Shown here: positions 1 through 15,000 of the stretch, one piece after another
How the letters are laid out: each line of letters opens with the position of its first letter
Position numbering within the stretch: position 1 is the stretch's first letter
Source of the DNA: Perna viridis
Lineage: Eukaryota
Length of the DNA: 64,000 nt
Direction: 5' to 3'
NCBI GenBank assembly: GCA_037379345.1
Contig: CM074516.1
Span: 37,423,626 to 37,487,625, forward strand
Made by a program: the position numbers and the translations under genes
The notes under the pieces: generated by a model
Databases searched by the model: none
What the model saw: the letters and a program-made list of their open reading frames with translations, nothing else
What the model was told of the DNA's origin: nothing

Positions 1-88
1 TGAGAGGACTGTTCATACAGATGTTCTGTTTGGTGTTGTGAAAAAGGCTCAAAGAGAAAGAAAGCATAAAGGTCTTAAGCAGATGAAG
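1..88 (+). CDS. DHX33: DHX33 exon (partial): [29 protein letters not shown]
   Basis: Follows DEAH motif II; donor aag|gtact. Confidence 0.9.
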
Positions 89-3000
89 GTACTATTCATG
101 ACATAATCTGGGTTGCTTTTGTCCCACCAAGATCTTTGGGCTATAAATTTTTATCTATGCAATTGTAAGTTCCTGCATTGTATGACACCTAAACATTTAC
201 CACAAAATATTACCTAGGTCACCATATCATATAATCCAATAGGTTAAAATTAATGACATCAAAGTTTGACCTTTGTTATACAATAAAAAGGTGATGATTA
301 TTACTGAATATATATAATCTACTGGTATTGTATGATATATATTGCCCTTACAAGCTTGTCTAATATAAAATACTACTACAATATTACCAAAGTCTTCATG
401 CAATTAACCTGAATCATTAAAACTCACTTTAAACTTTGCTAAAAATCAACTGGATAGTTTGAACAAATTTCTAATCACATATTGAGACTGTAAAGTTGCA
501 CAAAATTTGGCAATGATTTAATATTTTTGCTTAAGGTTTTCAATATTGGCTCAGTTATTGGTCCAAGGCTAGCCATATTGGATTGAGGCATAGCATAATC
601 AATATGGAAAACCTTACACAATTATACTTTTATTGACTTACTAGTTCAGTACATCATAGTGGCCTAGGCCAACATGTATTTTAACCAAGCCAGTATGATG
701 TTTTGGACAAGTAAAGCTGTATTGGATGGCTAAGTCCTGTATTAGTGCACTTTAGAATTTTGTATTGTATTAGCAGTTATGATCATATGTCAATAATACA
801 TGTACCTGGTACATTTTTTTTGTATTTTGTTAATTTTGTTTGTAGATTATAGTGATGTCAGCCACAATGGATGTAGATCATTTTTCAAATTATTTCAACA
901 GAGCACCTGTGTTATACCTTGAAGGTAGACAGTACCCTGTTCAGGTAAGCAGCACCTTGATTATACCTCAATCTGATAGAAATTTTATAGCAAGGTAAGG
1001 GATTATATTCAAATGTAAAAGAAGAAAGGCAATCTGTAAAGGGAGATAATCCAATTCGGGAGATCTGACAAAAATCTGTCCTTTTACAAAATATAGCAAA
1101 TATTAAATTCAATTTTAATTTTTTGTATGTTATGATTAAACCTGTACTGAGTGCTCCTGTATATCTGTTACAGGTATACTACTCTACAACAAGTCAGTCT
1201 GACTATGTGATGGCAGCTGTGGTGACTCTTTTCCAGATACATAAAGAAAATCCTCCAAAGTAGGTTTGACGTCTTGATTTGGAACATTAGATAGGGTTTT
1301 ATACTTTTTTATAACCCTCAATGATGCTGTCTATCAGTCTGTTCATCCTTTTGTACACAGTCTTGTTAGTGTAGTTTCTCTTAATTGCTCAATGGATTTT
1401 TATGAAACTTCATAGAAAAATTAGAAGTTATATTTCAATGACGGAAGATAATTATTGTCTCAGGCCTGCACTAAAAGAGTTTTACCTGTTCTTATCTGCT
1501 GAATGTGACACTTCCTTAACTACTCAATATATTCTGAAAAAACTGCATATGAGTTAAGACATCAATTAAGGAATGACGGTTCAATTTTTTCGGTCTATGA
1601 GGAAATAACCTTGATCATATGGTGCACACTAAAAACCGGTGTAGCATGTTATATTTAAGTGGGCACCATGGGCATTGAGGTTATTGTAAATAGACCGAAA
1701 AAGTATTGCGGTCATTCCTTATAATTCAATATTAGTCAGGGATCTCCATGGATCAAAATGAACATATGGTTCACTCTTTGGTTGGACAGATTCATGTAGA
1801 AAATAACTTGCCAATGAAAGTATGAAAAGGTTGAATGAAACGTATGTAATAACACAAGCTACAACATAGAAATTAATAATCTACAATGGTAAATCTTTCT
1901 GTCTGTACCGTGTAACTCAATTGGACCAAGGTAAACTTTTTTCTTCCTTAGGCTCTAGAGAAATTAAAATCACTGTTAGGTTTGGTCATTTTGTTGATAC
2001 CATTAAAAAGTTCTTTATAATTTAACCACAAGAACTTTAATAGTCAAATGTTGTTTTTGTCTGAATCTGTGCCATTAAACAATATTTTTGAGTTTTTGGG
2101 AGTTGATCCATCACCCTTTCAAAAAAATTCAGCAAATTGGATTGCTTTTCTGTGTCAGATAAATGCTGAGATCGTTAAGACCATATTGTATAAATTAAAG
2201 ATCGTCTCCACCCCCCTCTCCGATCTTTCTCAAATTTAATTCAACTCTTGATATTTTCTATATTTTATTATATGAAAAGTTATCAAATTTTATTAATTAA
2301 ATAAAACAGTAGAAATCATTCAGCTTATTTCAATTTTGAAGATTTTGACGACAGTGATAATTGCGAATTTGGCCGATCTGAGATTTGTTTACACGTGTGT
2401 TTCACTGCCTGACACAATAACCCCCTGGAAATTACCAATCAAAATATCGTATAATTACCATTAGAATAAACACTAGTGCCAATCATATTGAATTATGACA
2501 GATATAGGTGATTAATAAGCACCGGTAATTGGGAAATACATTGCCAATTTGCAATGTGTGGTTCAAATTTTAATACATGGCACAAGGAAAGTAACACAAG
2601 TGCAATGCCATGCAAAAAGATGTCATGGAGAACCCGGGTAGTATCAAATTTTAAGGACTAAATCAGCCAAAAAGTTGATGACGTCACAGTCACATAACAA
2701 AATTTGGTTATGAGATGATGGACACAATTTTTTATCCAATCAGAAAGTGTGTTACATCTGAAATTAAATTATATGTAGATATACATATACTTGAAGGGAG
2801 ATAGTTTATATTGTTGGTTGCCTGTAAAGGGATATTGTGCAATATAAGGCTACATGCATTACATATTAGAAGTCCAAGTGAACAGAGGCATATCAATTTT
2901 GTGAGCATGCAAACATTTTTTTGTCATTGCCGTCTGATGTCTTTTTTATTTTTCTCTGATTATTGCATAAGACTTTCTGTTTCTTGGAAAAGTTCCAGAA

Positions 3001-6000
3001 AAATGATATAGAAATTCCATTGGTTTGATTGGTTTAGAATCAAATCTTTATGTCAAATTGACTTGATTGAGTCAGCATATTATTTGTATTTGATTTCTAC
3101 TCTTTTCTGATTGTAGCCAAGATGTGTTAATTTTTATGACTGGTCAGGAAGAGATAGAATCAACAGTTAGATGTATCCGTGACATATCTAAAGATACAGT
3201 AGGAGCTCCACCCTTGGTTGTCTGCCCTTTGTATGCAGCTTTACCTTCACATTTACAGCTCAAGGTCTTCCATAAAACTCCTCAGGTAAGAAAGTTTATC
3301 TATTGCAAAATAATGGATTTTAGTAAGAATACCAGTTTTGATGCAGAAATTTTATAACATGCTGTTGTCCCTTGAATGATTTTTCTCAATTTTCATCATT
3401 GCAATTACATGTAGCAAAGTAACAATATCAACATATTGCTCCAGGTAATTTTATTTCCTTTTAAGTGCTAGAAACTGTATTTAAGGCAAAATTGAAAAAT
3501 AATGAACCATGCTTAGGAAAAAACCCACAAATGACTATATGGGCTCATAATTGTGGTCTATTGAAGAGGGTGTGATAGTTCTTTTGTCATAGAAATGTCA
3601 GAGGTTGCAGAAAAACAAGTAGAAAAGTGTGTTATCTCCCTTTGATGATGAATACATTTAATATAATTTATACCTTGCATTACTGACGCTTTTGAAAATA
3701 AATGAATGCCATTTCTACAATCTAGGTAACGGTAGAAATAAGAGTCGTGGAAAGACTTTTGTGTTATTTTCCTCCATTCTTCACCCATTACCTGATCTTT
3801 GTGAGAATAGCACTTAATCAGTCTGTAAGCATCACATGCTTTGACCTTTCTTTTTCACCTTGAATGGTTTGTATTTTTGGTCAAATTATAAAGATTAATA
3901 GTTGAATAAATATTTTTTTGTTGTAAAAAAAAACAATCTTTTCTCAGTGTTATAACAAATATATGTTTCAGGGATCCAGAAAAGTGATAGTAGCTACTAA
4001 TATTGCAGAGACTTCAGTTACTATACATGGTATCAAGTTTGTTATAGATACTGGTGTGGTAAAAGCAAAGTAAGTATTAATGATTATGCATGTATAAGAT
4101 GCTATATGATTGTAATGTTTTTTCTGCATTGAAAAGTTCACATCTGTTATAATTTTCACAATCCCTGGATATGCCATGTATAAGCATGAGGAATAACACT
4201 AGATGTTAGGGGGGTAAAAATTCACATTTCAATTTTTGCATCCCATCATCTATCACAAATACTGTATAGGGAAAATTAGAATTGCAGTGAAAAATCCATT
4301 ATATTGTAATCTCAGGACAAAATCAGTATTGGCTTAGATAGATAAGGACAAAATCAGTATTGGCTTAGATAGATGAGGACAAAATCAGTATTGGCTTAGA
4401 TAGATAAGGACAAAATCAGTATTGGCTTAGATAGATGAGGATAGGAAACTTTAATGAGGATTAATTGTTTCATTTTTTTTCAAATACATCATATTTATGG
4501 AAATGACAAACTACAGTCGACTCCACTTAATCGCATATCGCTTTATTGCATATTTCGGTTATTAGCATACTTTTCTCCTGCACAAAACCATTTCCTATTA
4601 TTCTATTAGGGAAAAAATCGCTTATTTGCGTAGGCCTTGCAGGTGCATTTCGGTTTATTGCATAGAGAATTTTGCCTCATCCAGGTAAAGACAGGTTTTT
4701 CCCAAATTCTATTTTAAGCCTTCGGGTCATAAATATGTCAATCATATTTATTGTTGTAAAAACTAGATTATCATCAATCAGGAGGTGTTAATAATGGATT
4801 AAAAACATAATGGACATAAAAGACAATTTAAATGATTTCGAATTACATTAAAATAAACAAGCACCTAGGTCAGCAATGACTTCTGACGACATGCCAAACA
4901 TCATCTTATGATGCGGCTTGGGGTTTGGCTTGGGGTATTTTTTGTCCCTATTTAAATTCTTCCGACTACAAATGATTATCAATGTAAATTTAATTTTCTT
5001 TAATGAGCTGAACAGTTTTTAGTGAGCTTGGGTTACTAGGCATAAATATCAACTGAAAATTAAAAGTCATCATTCATTCAGTACAATGTCTAACGAAATT
5101 CAACTACCCTAAGGTGCCCCATACTATCCACACTTCATAGGAATATATTGAGGTCAAAGACACGTATAATACACAACTATCAGTGTACAATGGTGATTGA
5201 ACAGAGGAATAAAAACACACAGACCATTTCAAAAGCCCAGAAACTGCAAACATTGATGAATATTACACTGAATCCTGGCTGAAATATGAAATATGGGACT
5301 TTCTTTCATAGAAAGGTCAGGAAATTACTTGACTATTTATAGATGAGAAACACGTGATTTTACTTATGAATACACATGACGTAAAGAAGGTCAATAAACA
5401 AGACAAACACAATATATATTATTATTTATTGATAAAAGAACAATACAATGTGAAGGTCTATAACAATTAAATACAAGATCAGAAATGTTGAACAGTGATA
5501 TCCCTGGTTGATCCACAGTATTGTCGTCTTACCTGAACTCACACTTTCGGTAAAATCGTAATTTTGGTTATAAGAATAGCCCGGTTATTTGCATAATTTT
5601 TATTAGCAAATAGGCTATGCAATTCAGCGGAATCTACTGTATTTATTAATATTTATACATTTTATATTATAATTTCATTTGTCTGTTGAAATGTTTAGTT
5701 CTTAAAACATGTTGTTATTCAGATTATTTAACCCAAGCAGTGGTTTAGACCTGTTAAAGGTTGTAAAAATCTCTAAAGCACAGGCCTTACAGAGGACTGG
5801 TAGGGCAGGAAGGGAGAGAGCTGGGGCATGTTACAGAATCTATACAGAGGACGAGTTTGATTCCTTGAAGAAAAATACAGTTCCAGAAATACTCAGGTAG
5901 TCAATGAAAATGCACTTCCAGAAATACTGAGGTAGTCAATGAAAATACTGCTGCAGAAATATTCAGGTAGTCAATGAAAGAACAGTTCCAGAAATACTCA

Positions 6001-9000
6001 GGTAGTCAATGAAAGAACATTTTCAGAAGTACACAGATAGTCAATGAAAATACAGTTCCAGTTATACTTAGGTAGTCAATGAAAGAACATTTTCAGAAGT
6101 ACACAGATAAACAATGAAAATACAGTTCCAGTTATACTCAGGTAGTCATTGAAAGAACAGTTTCTAAATTTAGACCTTCAATGGCCCTATATTCCTTACA
6201 ACTTCTATAAAAATCACTGTCTTTTTGGTACAGCCCTATGATTTCACTCAAAATGGCTTTTTTCCCTGTATTATCCATATAATTTGAAATTCCTTGGTCA
6301 CAAAGTAAAAAAAATTTTTGTTGTTGAAACCACTCTATATGAAGTACTCCCCAAATTTTCCCAAATCTTTCTGCTCAGAACCCATTTTTCATATTAAATA
6401 TACCCCACTTTACCCATGAGAAAAAAACAAACATACAAACAATAGAATATACATTTTAATGTACCTTTTATTTAATATGATATGGATTCCATGGTATTTT
6501 GGGCATAAAATGCTGGGTGAGCATTAAACAGTCCTTCCGTTTAGGTTGAAAGGAAGTCAAGATATATACAGTTTGAACACACAGATTGATACAGTGAGAA
6601 CAAAACTATCTTTCAGTGTAGGTCAACTTTGTATTACAGGTGTAACCTTTCCAGTATAGTATTACAGTTACTGGCTCTTGGAATAACTGATGTTCTCAAC
6701 TTTGACTTTATGGATAAACCTTCAAAAGAGGTAATTTTTGCCATAATACTCTTTACCAGTACGTTAGATGTTCAATCAAAATTAGTAATATGAAAAAGCA
6801 GATATTTATTCAATAACATATTACTACATGTACATAGCATTAAGTGTTTTCTTGTATATTTCAGTAGAGAAATGTAAGATGACAACTTTGGAGTAAATGT
6901 TTATATTTGCATACAAACTACCCCCTTTTTATGAAAATGTCTGAAATTAACTCCAATACAATTTCTTGGTCATATATAGAAACAAAATGGCTGTTTCTAG
7001 TCAATTGAATTCCAAATGGCACTAGTCAACTAAATACTGTTAACATATTAATTTTCATGGTTTTCTGTCCACTACGAAAATAGGGAAAATTATTAGACTG
7101 TGAAAATTAGTTCTTTAACATTACCAGAAGATAAATATTAAAAAAAAAAAAATAAGATTAGGATATTTTCTAAAACCAGAAAAAGATATCAGAATTGAAT
7201 TGTATTCTGCAATACCTGTAGTTAGATTTGATAATTAAATTGATAATTGAACTAGTTAAGCAGAGATTGATAATTGAACTAGTTATCTGTGTTGATAATT
7301 GAACAAGTTTAGCATTGATTGATATTTGAACTAGTTCAGCAGTGTTGATAATTGAACTAGTTAAACAGTGTTGATAATTGAACCAGTTTAGCATTAATTG
7401 ATATATGAACTGGTTAAGCACTGATTGATAATTGAACTGGTTAAGCAGTGTTGATAATTGAAGTGGTTAATCAGTGTTGATAATTTAAGTTAACTATTTA
7501 AGCCATGTAAAGCAATATTAAATTTTATTATTTATGATGAATTCCTCTTTTTAGTCATTGGTAGCTGCTATAGACCAGTTACATAACCTTGGAGCAGTTG
7601 AGAAAGAACCCGCTTTGAAGGTAATCAACTCTTTAAAGTTATACATTTAATATTCAAATTAATAAATTTTGGTTTTCATGAATGTTTAACATGTTTCATA
7701 TGAATTACGTAAATATTTGTTGGAAATGCAACTTTCTAGTTAGAGGAATTATATATCCAAGATATTTATTATTAAAAGAAATGAGTGAGACCTCTATAAA
7801 ATTGGAGATCTTTGAAATCAAAAGTATTTACTATTGAAAGACAGTACAGTCAAACCTCAGTTGCTCGAACTCCATGGGACCATTGAATGTGCTTGAGTTA
7901 TCTGGAGTTTGAGAAATTAAAGTTTGAATTTTCTAGATTTCTTTCGTTGCCATTTCAAATCTACTGTATCATTAGAAATGCTTACTTCCTATGAAGTTTT
8001 GTTTGTTCTTGGATATTTTTCATTTGCTTTCGGAAGGTTATGTTGATTTGTAGACATTAAAAATACTGTGTTTACTTTGAAAAAACTTATTCTCTAAGAT
8101 TTATTGCCAAACAGACTGGCTAGTTATTTCAGTTTGTTTGAGAAATTGAAGTATGAAAAATCCAGGGTGATCATATTGATTACATAGGAGAAAAGTTTGG
8201 TATTTAGGATTGTGTTCAAGAAATCCCGGGTGTTCGAGCCATCCGAGTTCGAGCGAGTGAAGTTAGGAAAAGTTTGGTATTTAGGATTGTGTTCAAGAAA
8301 TCCTGGGTGTTTGAGTCATCCAGGTTCGAGCGAGTGAAGTTAGGAAAAGTTTGGTATTTAGGATTGTGTTCAAGAAATCCCGGGTGTTCGAGCCATCCAA
8401 GTTCGAGCGAGTGAAGTTAGGAAAAGTTTGGTATTTAGGATTGTGTTCAAGAAATCCTGGGTGTTTGAGTCATCCAGGTTCGAGCGAGTGAAGTTAGGAA
8501 AAGTTTGGTATTTAGGATTGTGTTCAAGAAATCCCCGGTGTTCGAGCCATCCGAGTTCGAGCGAGTGAAGTTAGGAAAAGTTTGGTATTTAGGATTGTGT
8601 TCAAGAAATCCAGGGTATTCGAGCCATCCGAATTCGAGCGAGTGAAGTTAGGAAAAGTTTGGTATTTAGGATTGTGTTCAAGAAATCCTGGGTGTTTGAG
8701 TCATCCAGGTTCGAGCGAGTGAAGTTAGGAAAAGTTTGGTATTTAGGATTGTGTTCAAGAAATCCTGGGTGTTTGAGTCATCCAGGTTCGAGCGAGTGAA
8801 GTTAGGAAAAGTTTGGTATTTAGGATTGTGTTCAAGAAATCCTGGGTGTTTGAGTCATCCAGGTTCGAGCGAGTGAAGTTAGGAAAAGTTTGGTATTTAG
8901 GATTGTGTTCAAGAAATCCCCGGTGTTCGAGCCATCCGAGTTCGAGCGAGTGAAGTTAGGAAAAGTTTGGTATTTAGGATTGTGTTCAAGAAATCCAGGG

Positions 9001-12000
9001 TATTCGAGCCATCCGAATTCGAGCGAGTGAAGTTAGGAAAAGTTTGGTATTTAGGATTGTGTTCAAGAAACCCTGGGTGTTTGAGTCATCCAGGTTCGAG
9101 CGAGTGAAGTTAGGAAAAGTTTGGTATTTAGGATTGTGTTCAAGAAATCCTGGGTGTTTGAGTCATCCAGGTTCGAGCGAGTGAAGTTAGGAAAAGTTTG
9201 GTATTTAGGATTGTGTTCAAGAAATCCCGGGTGTTTGAGTCATCCAGGTTCGAGGTAGTGAAGTTAGGAAAAGTTTGGTATTTAGGATTGTGTTCAAGAA
9301 ATCCTGGGTGTTTGAGTCATCCAGGTTTGAGCGAGTGAAGTTAGGAAAAGTTTGGTATTTAGGATTGTGTTCAAGAAATCCTGGGTGTTTGAGTCATCCA
9401 GGTTCGAGCGAGTGAAGTTAGGAAAAGTTTGGTATTTAGGATTGTGTTCAAGAAATCCTGGGTGTTTGAGTCATTCTTGTTTGAGCGAGTGAAGTTAGAC
9501 TGTATATGAATTATGGAAAATATTTGTTGGAAATACAACTTCAGTAAGAGATCTTAATGTTCCTTGAAACATGATATTGTATGCACGGAACTGTCATAAT
9601 TGTTTTATTACATTGCTTTGTAGAAATTTTAAGATTTTTCACTTTTCGTGTTTATTTTTAGAAAAAGTATTTTGGTATACATTTAATGAAGTTCAATCAA
9701 AAAGATAGCGAGCAATATCACATGTAATGAAAATATCTAACATGCAACATTACACAATATGGGTGTGTCAGTAATACATTGTTTAAATGGAAACTTTAAA
9801 GTATGAAGTGTAATGATTTTTTTTATTGCAGTTAACTCCTCTTGGAAGACAGATGGTGTCTTTCCCATTGGACCCCAGACTAGCAAAATCTATTTTAGTG
9901 GCAAAAGATAACCATTGTGTGTAAGTAAATACTGCATAGAATATATAATAAAACTGAGAAATAATCAGACTTGATCCGAATATTACTTTTATGTTTTTTT
10001 TTACTGTACATCTACTTCTGATTTCACCAATTTCCAATTTTTTGTTGGCTGAGGAAAATCATGTATATATTATTGCTCTGTCTTTTACTTCTGTTTTTCC
10101 CCCAATCACTCTTTTTTGCACAGCTTGCATTTCGATTGTCCAATTGTATGACATATTCTGTGAGTTTGATGAAAATAAAACTAATATTATTTTGTTTTTA
10201 TCAGTGACATTATACTTAATTTCACATAACGGTAACAATGTAATTGGAAATTACTTACTAGAATTAGAAAAGTAACTTGAGATCAGAAATATGTAGTAAG
10301 AACAATGACAAAACATGAAAGTTAGGGATAAACGGAATAACGACAGTTTTGAAGTCATCAAAAAACATCATCGTACCGAAATATCTGATATTCTATAGAG
10401 GGGTTCAATACGGGTGTTGTTCAGTTTATTAACAATGTCACAGTTGATATAACTTTGTTGTCAGAATTTACCCATATGTTTTAGTATCATTTGATAAAAA
10501 AATATCAGGCAGTGAGAACAATGAAAAACTGAGTACTGGTTAGTTTCCAATAAATTAAATTGGGGTTTGAAGGAATAGACACTCAAAGTTTGAACATTAA
10601 GTGTCACATATATTTAGTGGTATAAAAGTGTGAAGAGTTTTGTTCATTTGCATATGTATTTCCTCTAAAGTACATGTGGGAGTGCATGACTTTTATATGT
10701 ATTTATATTTTTTTTTAATGTCAATATATTTTGTAGAGAGGAAGTACTGAGTATTGTGAGTATGCTGTCTGTGGACTCCATTGTGTTTACTCCACAGAGT
10801 AAGGTAAGTGGAAAATGATAAGTAGGGTTGTTCCTGTTTAAATCTTCCATCAAACAGTGAAAACACTAAACTTTGATTGAGAAATTCAGTCTCAACATTA
10901 AGCAAAGCAAATGAAAATAACAACTGTAAATTTCCGTGTACACTTGTCGTTATGATTTTGTTGTTATAGTCAGACTCTAGCAGTTTTGATTTTAGAAATT
11001 AAGAAAATCTTTTTTCAGCAATACCCGTAGTTAGAATTCGAAATAAAAACCCTTATAGTGATACCAAAACAATCCTATTTTCTGCAGAGATAAAAAAAAA
11101 CCATTGCTGTATGTATGATTATGCTATATATTTTTTACTGCTAATTGGAAAGTTTATTGTCATTTTGAAATCTCAAGAAATCTTGTTGAAGTGCGAAACA
11201 TTTTGTAGAGAGAAGAGGCATTAGAAACAAGACAGAAGTTTATATCCAGTGATGGTGACCATATAACCTACCTCAATATATACAGAGCATATAAAGGAGT
11301 CAAAGGAAACAAAGTTAGTAAATCTGCTGGAGGTGGGGGGTAGGGGGGGGGCTTACTTATCTCAATATATACAGAGCATATAAAGGAGTCAAAGGAAACA
11401 AAGTTAGTAAATCTGCTGGAGGTGGGGGGTGGGGGGGCTTACTTATCTCAATATATACAGAGTATATTAAGGTGTCAAAGGAAACAAAGTGAGTAAATCT
11501 GTGCTGGAGGGGGCTTACTTAACTCAATATCTACAGAGTATATAAAGGAGTCAAAGGAAACAAAGTGAGTAAATCTGTGCTGGAGGAGGGCCTACTTACC
11601 TCAATATATACAGAGTATAAAAGATGTCAAAGGAAACAAAATGAGTAAATCCAAAGGAATCTGTGCTGGAGGGAGCCTTACTTACCTCAATATATACAGA
11701 GTATATAAAGGCGTCAAAGGAAACAAAATGAGTAAATCCATGCTGGAGGGGGGCATACTTACCTCAATATATACACAGTATATAAAGGTGTCAAAGGAAA
11801 CAAAATGAGTAAATCCATGCTGGAGGAGGGCTTACTTACCTCAATATATACAGAATATAAAAGGTGTCAAACGAAACAAAATGAGTAAATCCATGCTGGA
11901 GGGGGGCTTACTTACCTCAATATATACAGAGTATAAAAGGTGTCAAAGGAAACAAAATGAGTAAATCCAAAGGAATCTGTGCTGGAGGGAGCCTTACTTA

Positions 12001-15000
12001 CCTCAATATATACAGAGTATATAAAGGCGTCAAAGAAAACAAAATGAGTAAATCCATGCTGGAGGGGGGCATACTTACCTCAATATATACACAGTATATA
12101 AAGGTGTCAAAGGAAACAAAATGAGTAAATCCATACTGGAGGAGGGCTTACTTACCTCAATATATACAGAGTATAAAAGGTGTCAAACGAAACAAAATGA
12201 GTAAATCCATGCTGGAGGGGGCTTACTTACCTCAATATATACAGAGTATAAAAGGTGTCAAAGGAAACAAAATGAGTAAATCCATGCTGGAGGGGGGCAT
12301 ACTTACCTCAATATATACAGAGCATATAAAGGAGTCAAAGAATACAAAGTGAGTAAATTTGTGCTGGAGGTGGGGGGCATACTTACCTCAATATATACAG
12401 AGCATATAAAGGAGTCAAAGGAAACAAAGTGAGTAAATCTGTGCTGGAGGTGGGGGGCATACTTACCTCAATATATACAGAGGATATAAAGGAGTCAAAG
12501 GAAACAAAGTGAGTAAATCTGTGCTGGAGGGGGGCATACTTACCTCAATATATACAGAGTATATAAAGGTGTCAAAGGAAACAGAGTAAATCTGTGCTTC
12601 GGAGGCTTACCTACCTCATTGTAAATGCAGAGCATATTAAGTTAACCATAATATTTGTTTCACATGTAACCTCATCCACCTCATTTTCTTTACATTCAGT
12701 CAATGATATTGTTTTTCAGTTACATTAACAAATCGGCTTTGAAGAAAAAAAATATTTACCGTATTTTTTTCCAGACTATAAGTCGATGTGGAGTATAAGT
12801 CAAATTGCCTAATTTTAACCAAAATCTACGGAAAAAAACACAGATAAGTCGAATTTGGCGGATAAGTTGAGGGTCAGTCGTGTGCATTTATATCGTAGGT
12901 GTCAGCGGAAATCTGATTTGAGTGGTTTGTTTTCAACAGCATATTATTCCAGCGATGTTACTAAGTATAGTATTTCTGACTTAAATTGATATTTGTGTTT
13001 TTGTTTAATTGTACTTTGTTCTCAACTTCAATTATTTTTATTGAATGGCGTGTCAATGGCTCTGAAGCCTTAGATCATCAGGTCTACGAAATCATAAACA
13101 TGTCAAACACTAGCACCCATGTGTGAAATAAGCTGGAAATTCGTTTGATGAATTGGTCATAATTACAAGCTTTAATTAATAAATGCTGGATGACATTGTT
13201 AAGTAAAAATGAGGTCGTCTTTGGTCAGATCTGGTCTATAACAGAGGTTATACTGACTTATGAATCTGAGTGATCTGACTATTTGAATCAATTTTTTTCT
13301 CTCAATCATCTAAGGTAAAAAACTAGGTGAATGAGAATCTGAATAATTCTTCCTTTAGGATTTATCTCATTATCTTGATATAAGAATATATTTTTGACAG
13401 GAATGGTGTCATGAGAATTTTATCAACTTGAGGAATATGAGATTAGCCATGGAGATCAGAAAACAGTTGAGAGGAATATGTGAGAACCTCAAGCTTCCTC
13501 TAGAATCATGTAGACAAGATACCAACTCCATCAGGAAATGTTTATGTGCTGGATTCTTTATGAATGCTGCTGAACTCCAGAGAGAGGGAGAATATATTTC
13601 CGTAAGTATGAGAGCTGTTTCTCATAGAAAAGGAGAATATAGTTTTGCAAGAATGAGCATTGAGTTAGGGAAAAATACAAATGAAGCTGAGCTCCAAAGA
13701 GAGTGAAGGGAAAATATTTCTGTAGAGAGGTTACTTCTAGAGAATCTTTCACTTTCTTTAGTTAATATGATATTTCTTTTTTTTGTATACAAACCCTACT
13801 CCAACTTTATTTATACACATTCTGAAAACCAACATCTTGTTGGTAACTGATCTTCTATTTTTGTTTCCCTGTAATTCTTGTTGAAAAGTAATTGTTGAAT
13901 GATAGATTTGTACAGTTTTGTTTATGGACTGACATTTAGTTCAAAGTCCTTCTCTTGTTGATAGCTAGACAAAAATACATTCCCTCTTGTATTCTTTCAG
14001 TTAATAATTAAATATTTTACTTAGCGGTAGATTCCCAGTGACAGAATAACGTTCTCTGTTATTCTGAAGATTTTTAACAATGCTTAAAGATGTATTAGTA
14101 CACAGACATAAACATCATTATATGCAGTTTCAACTGTTTGTACCTGGTGGCAACAGTTGTTTATACAGATATCACTATGAGACTTGATGTTGAGTTGTGA
14201 CAACACTTTGAGACATGTGGTGATGAGCAGTGATGTGTGTCTGACATATGTTTATACAGATATCACTATGAGACTTGATGTTGAGTTGTGACAACACTTT
14301 GAGACATGTGGTGATGAGCAGTGATGTGTGTCTGACATATGTTTATACAGATATCACTATGAGACTTGATGTTGAGTTGTGACAACACTTTGAGACATGT
14401 GGTGATGAGCAGTGATGTGTATGTTGACATATATGTTTATACAGATATCACTATGAGACGTGATGTTGAGTTGTGACGACTTTTTGAGACATGTGGTGAT
14501 GAGCAGTGATGTGTATGTTGACATATATGTTTATACAGATATCACTATAAGACGTGATATTGAGTTGTGACAACACTTTAAGACATGTGGTGATGAGAGT
14601 GATGTGTATCTGACATATCTGTTTATACAGATATCACTATGAGACGTGATGTTGAGTTGTGACAACACTTTGAGACATGTGGTGATGAGCAGTGATGTGT
14701 AACTTGACATATATGTAGAAAGTGATATTTTGTATCAACAAGGTTTCATCACATGGGAAAATCTTCATATTTTGCAGATTTTGACAATTAAAGATAAATA
14801 TTTATATCTATGTTGTATTGATAATGTTATCCATATTTTTATGATATAGCTGTCCTGTAGGAAGACAGTAGCCATTCATCCATCCTCAGCATTGTTCAGA
14901 TGTAAACCTGCCTATGTTATATACAATGAATTGATCAAGACAACTAAATGTTACATGAGGTAGGTGTACATAAAGAGTCACTGGTCTCATTCTGATTACA

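Noticed and set aside
8189-9497. CRISPR-like array
   Set aside because: Contiguous tandem units with no unique spacers, no cas genes, and a eukaryotic intron context. The same applies to all other arrays here.
14159-14716. Tandem box C/D snoRNAs (GTGATGA...CTGA in units)
   Set aside because: The boxes are only ~14 nt apart, CTGA is lost in half the copies, and no rRNA-complementary guide was recognised.
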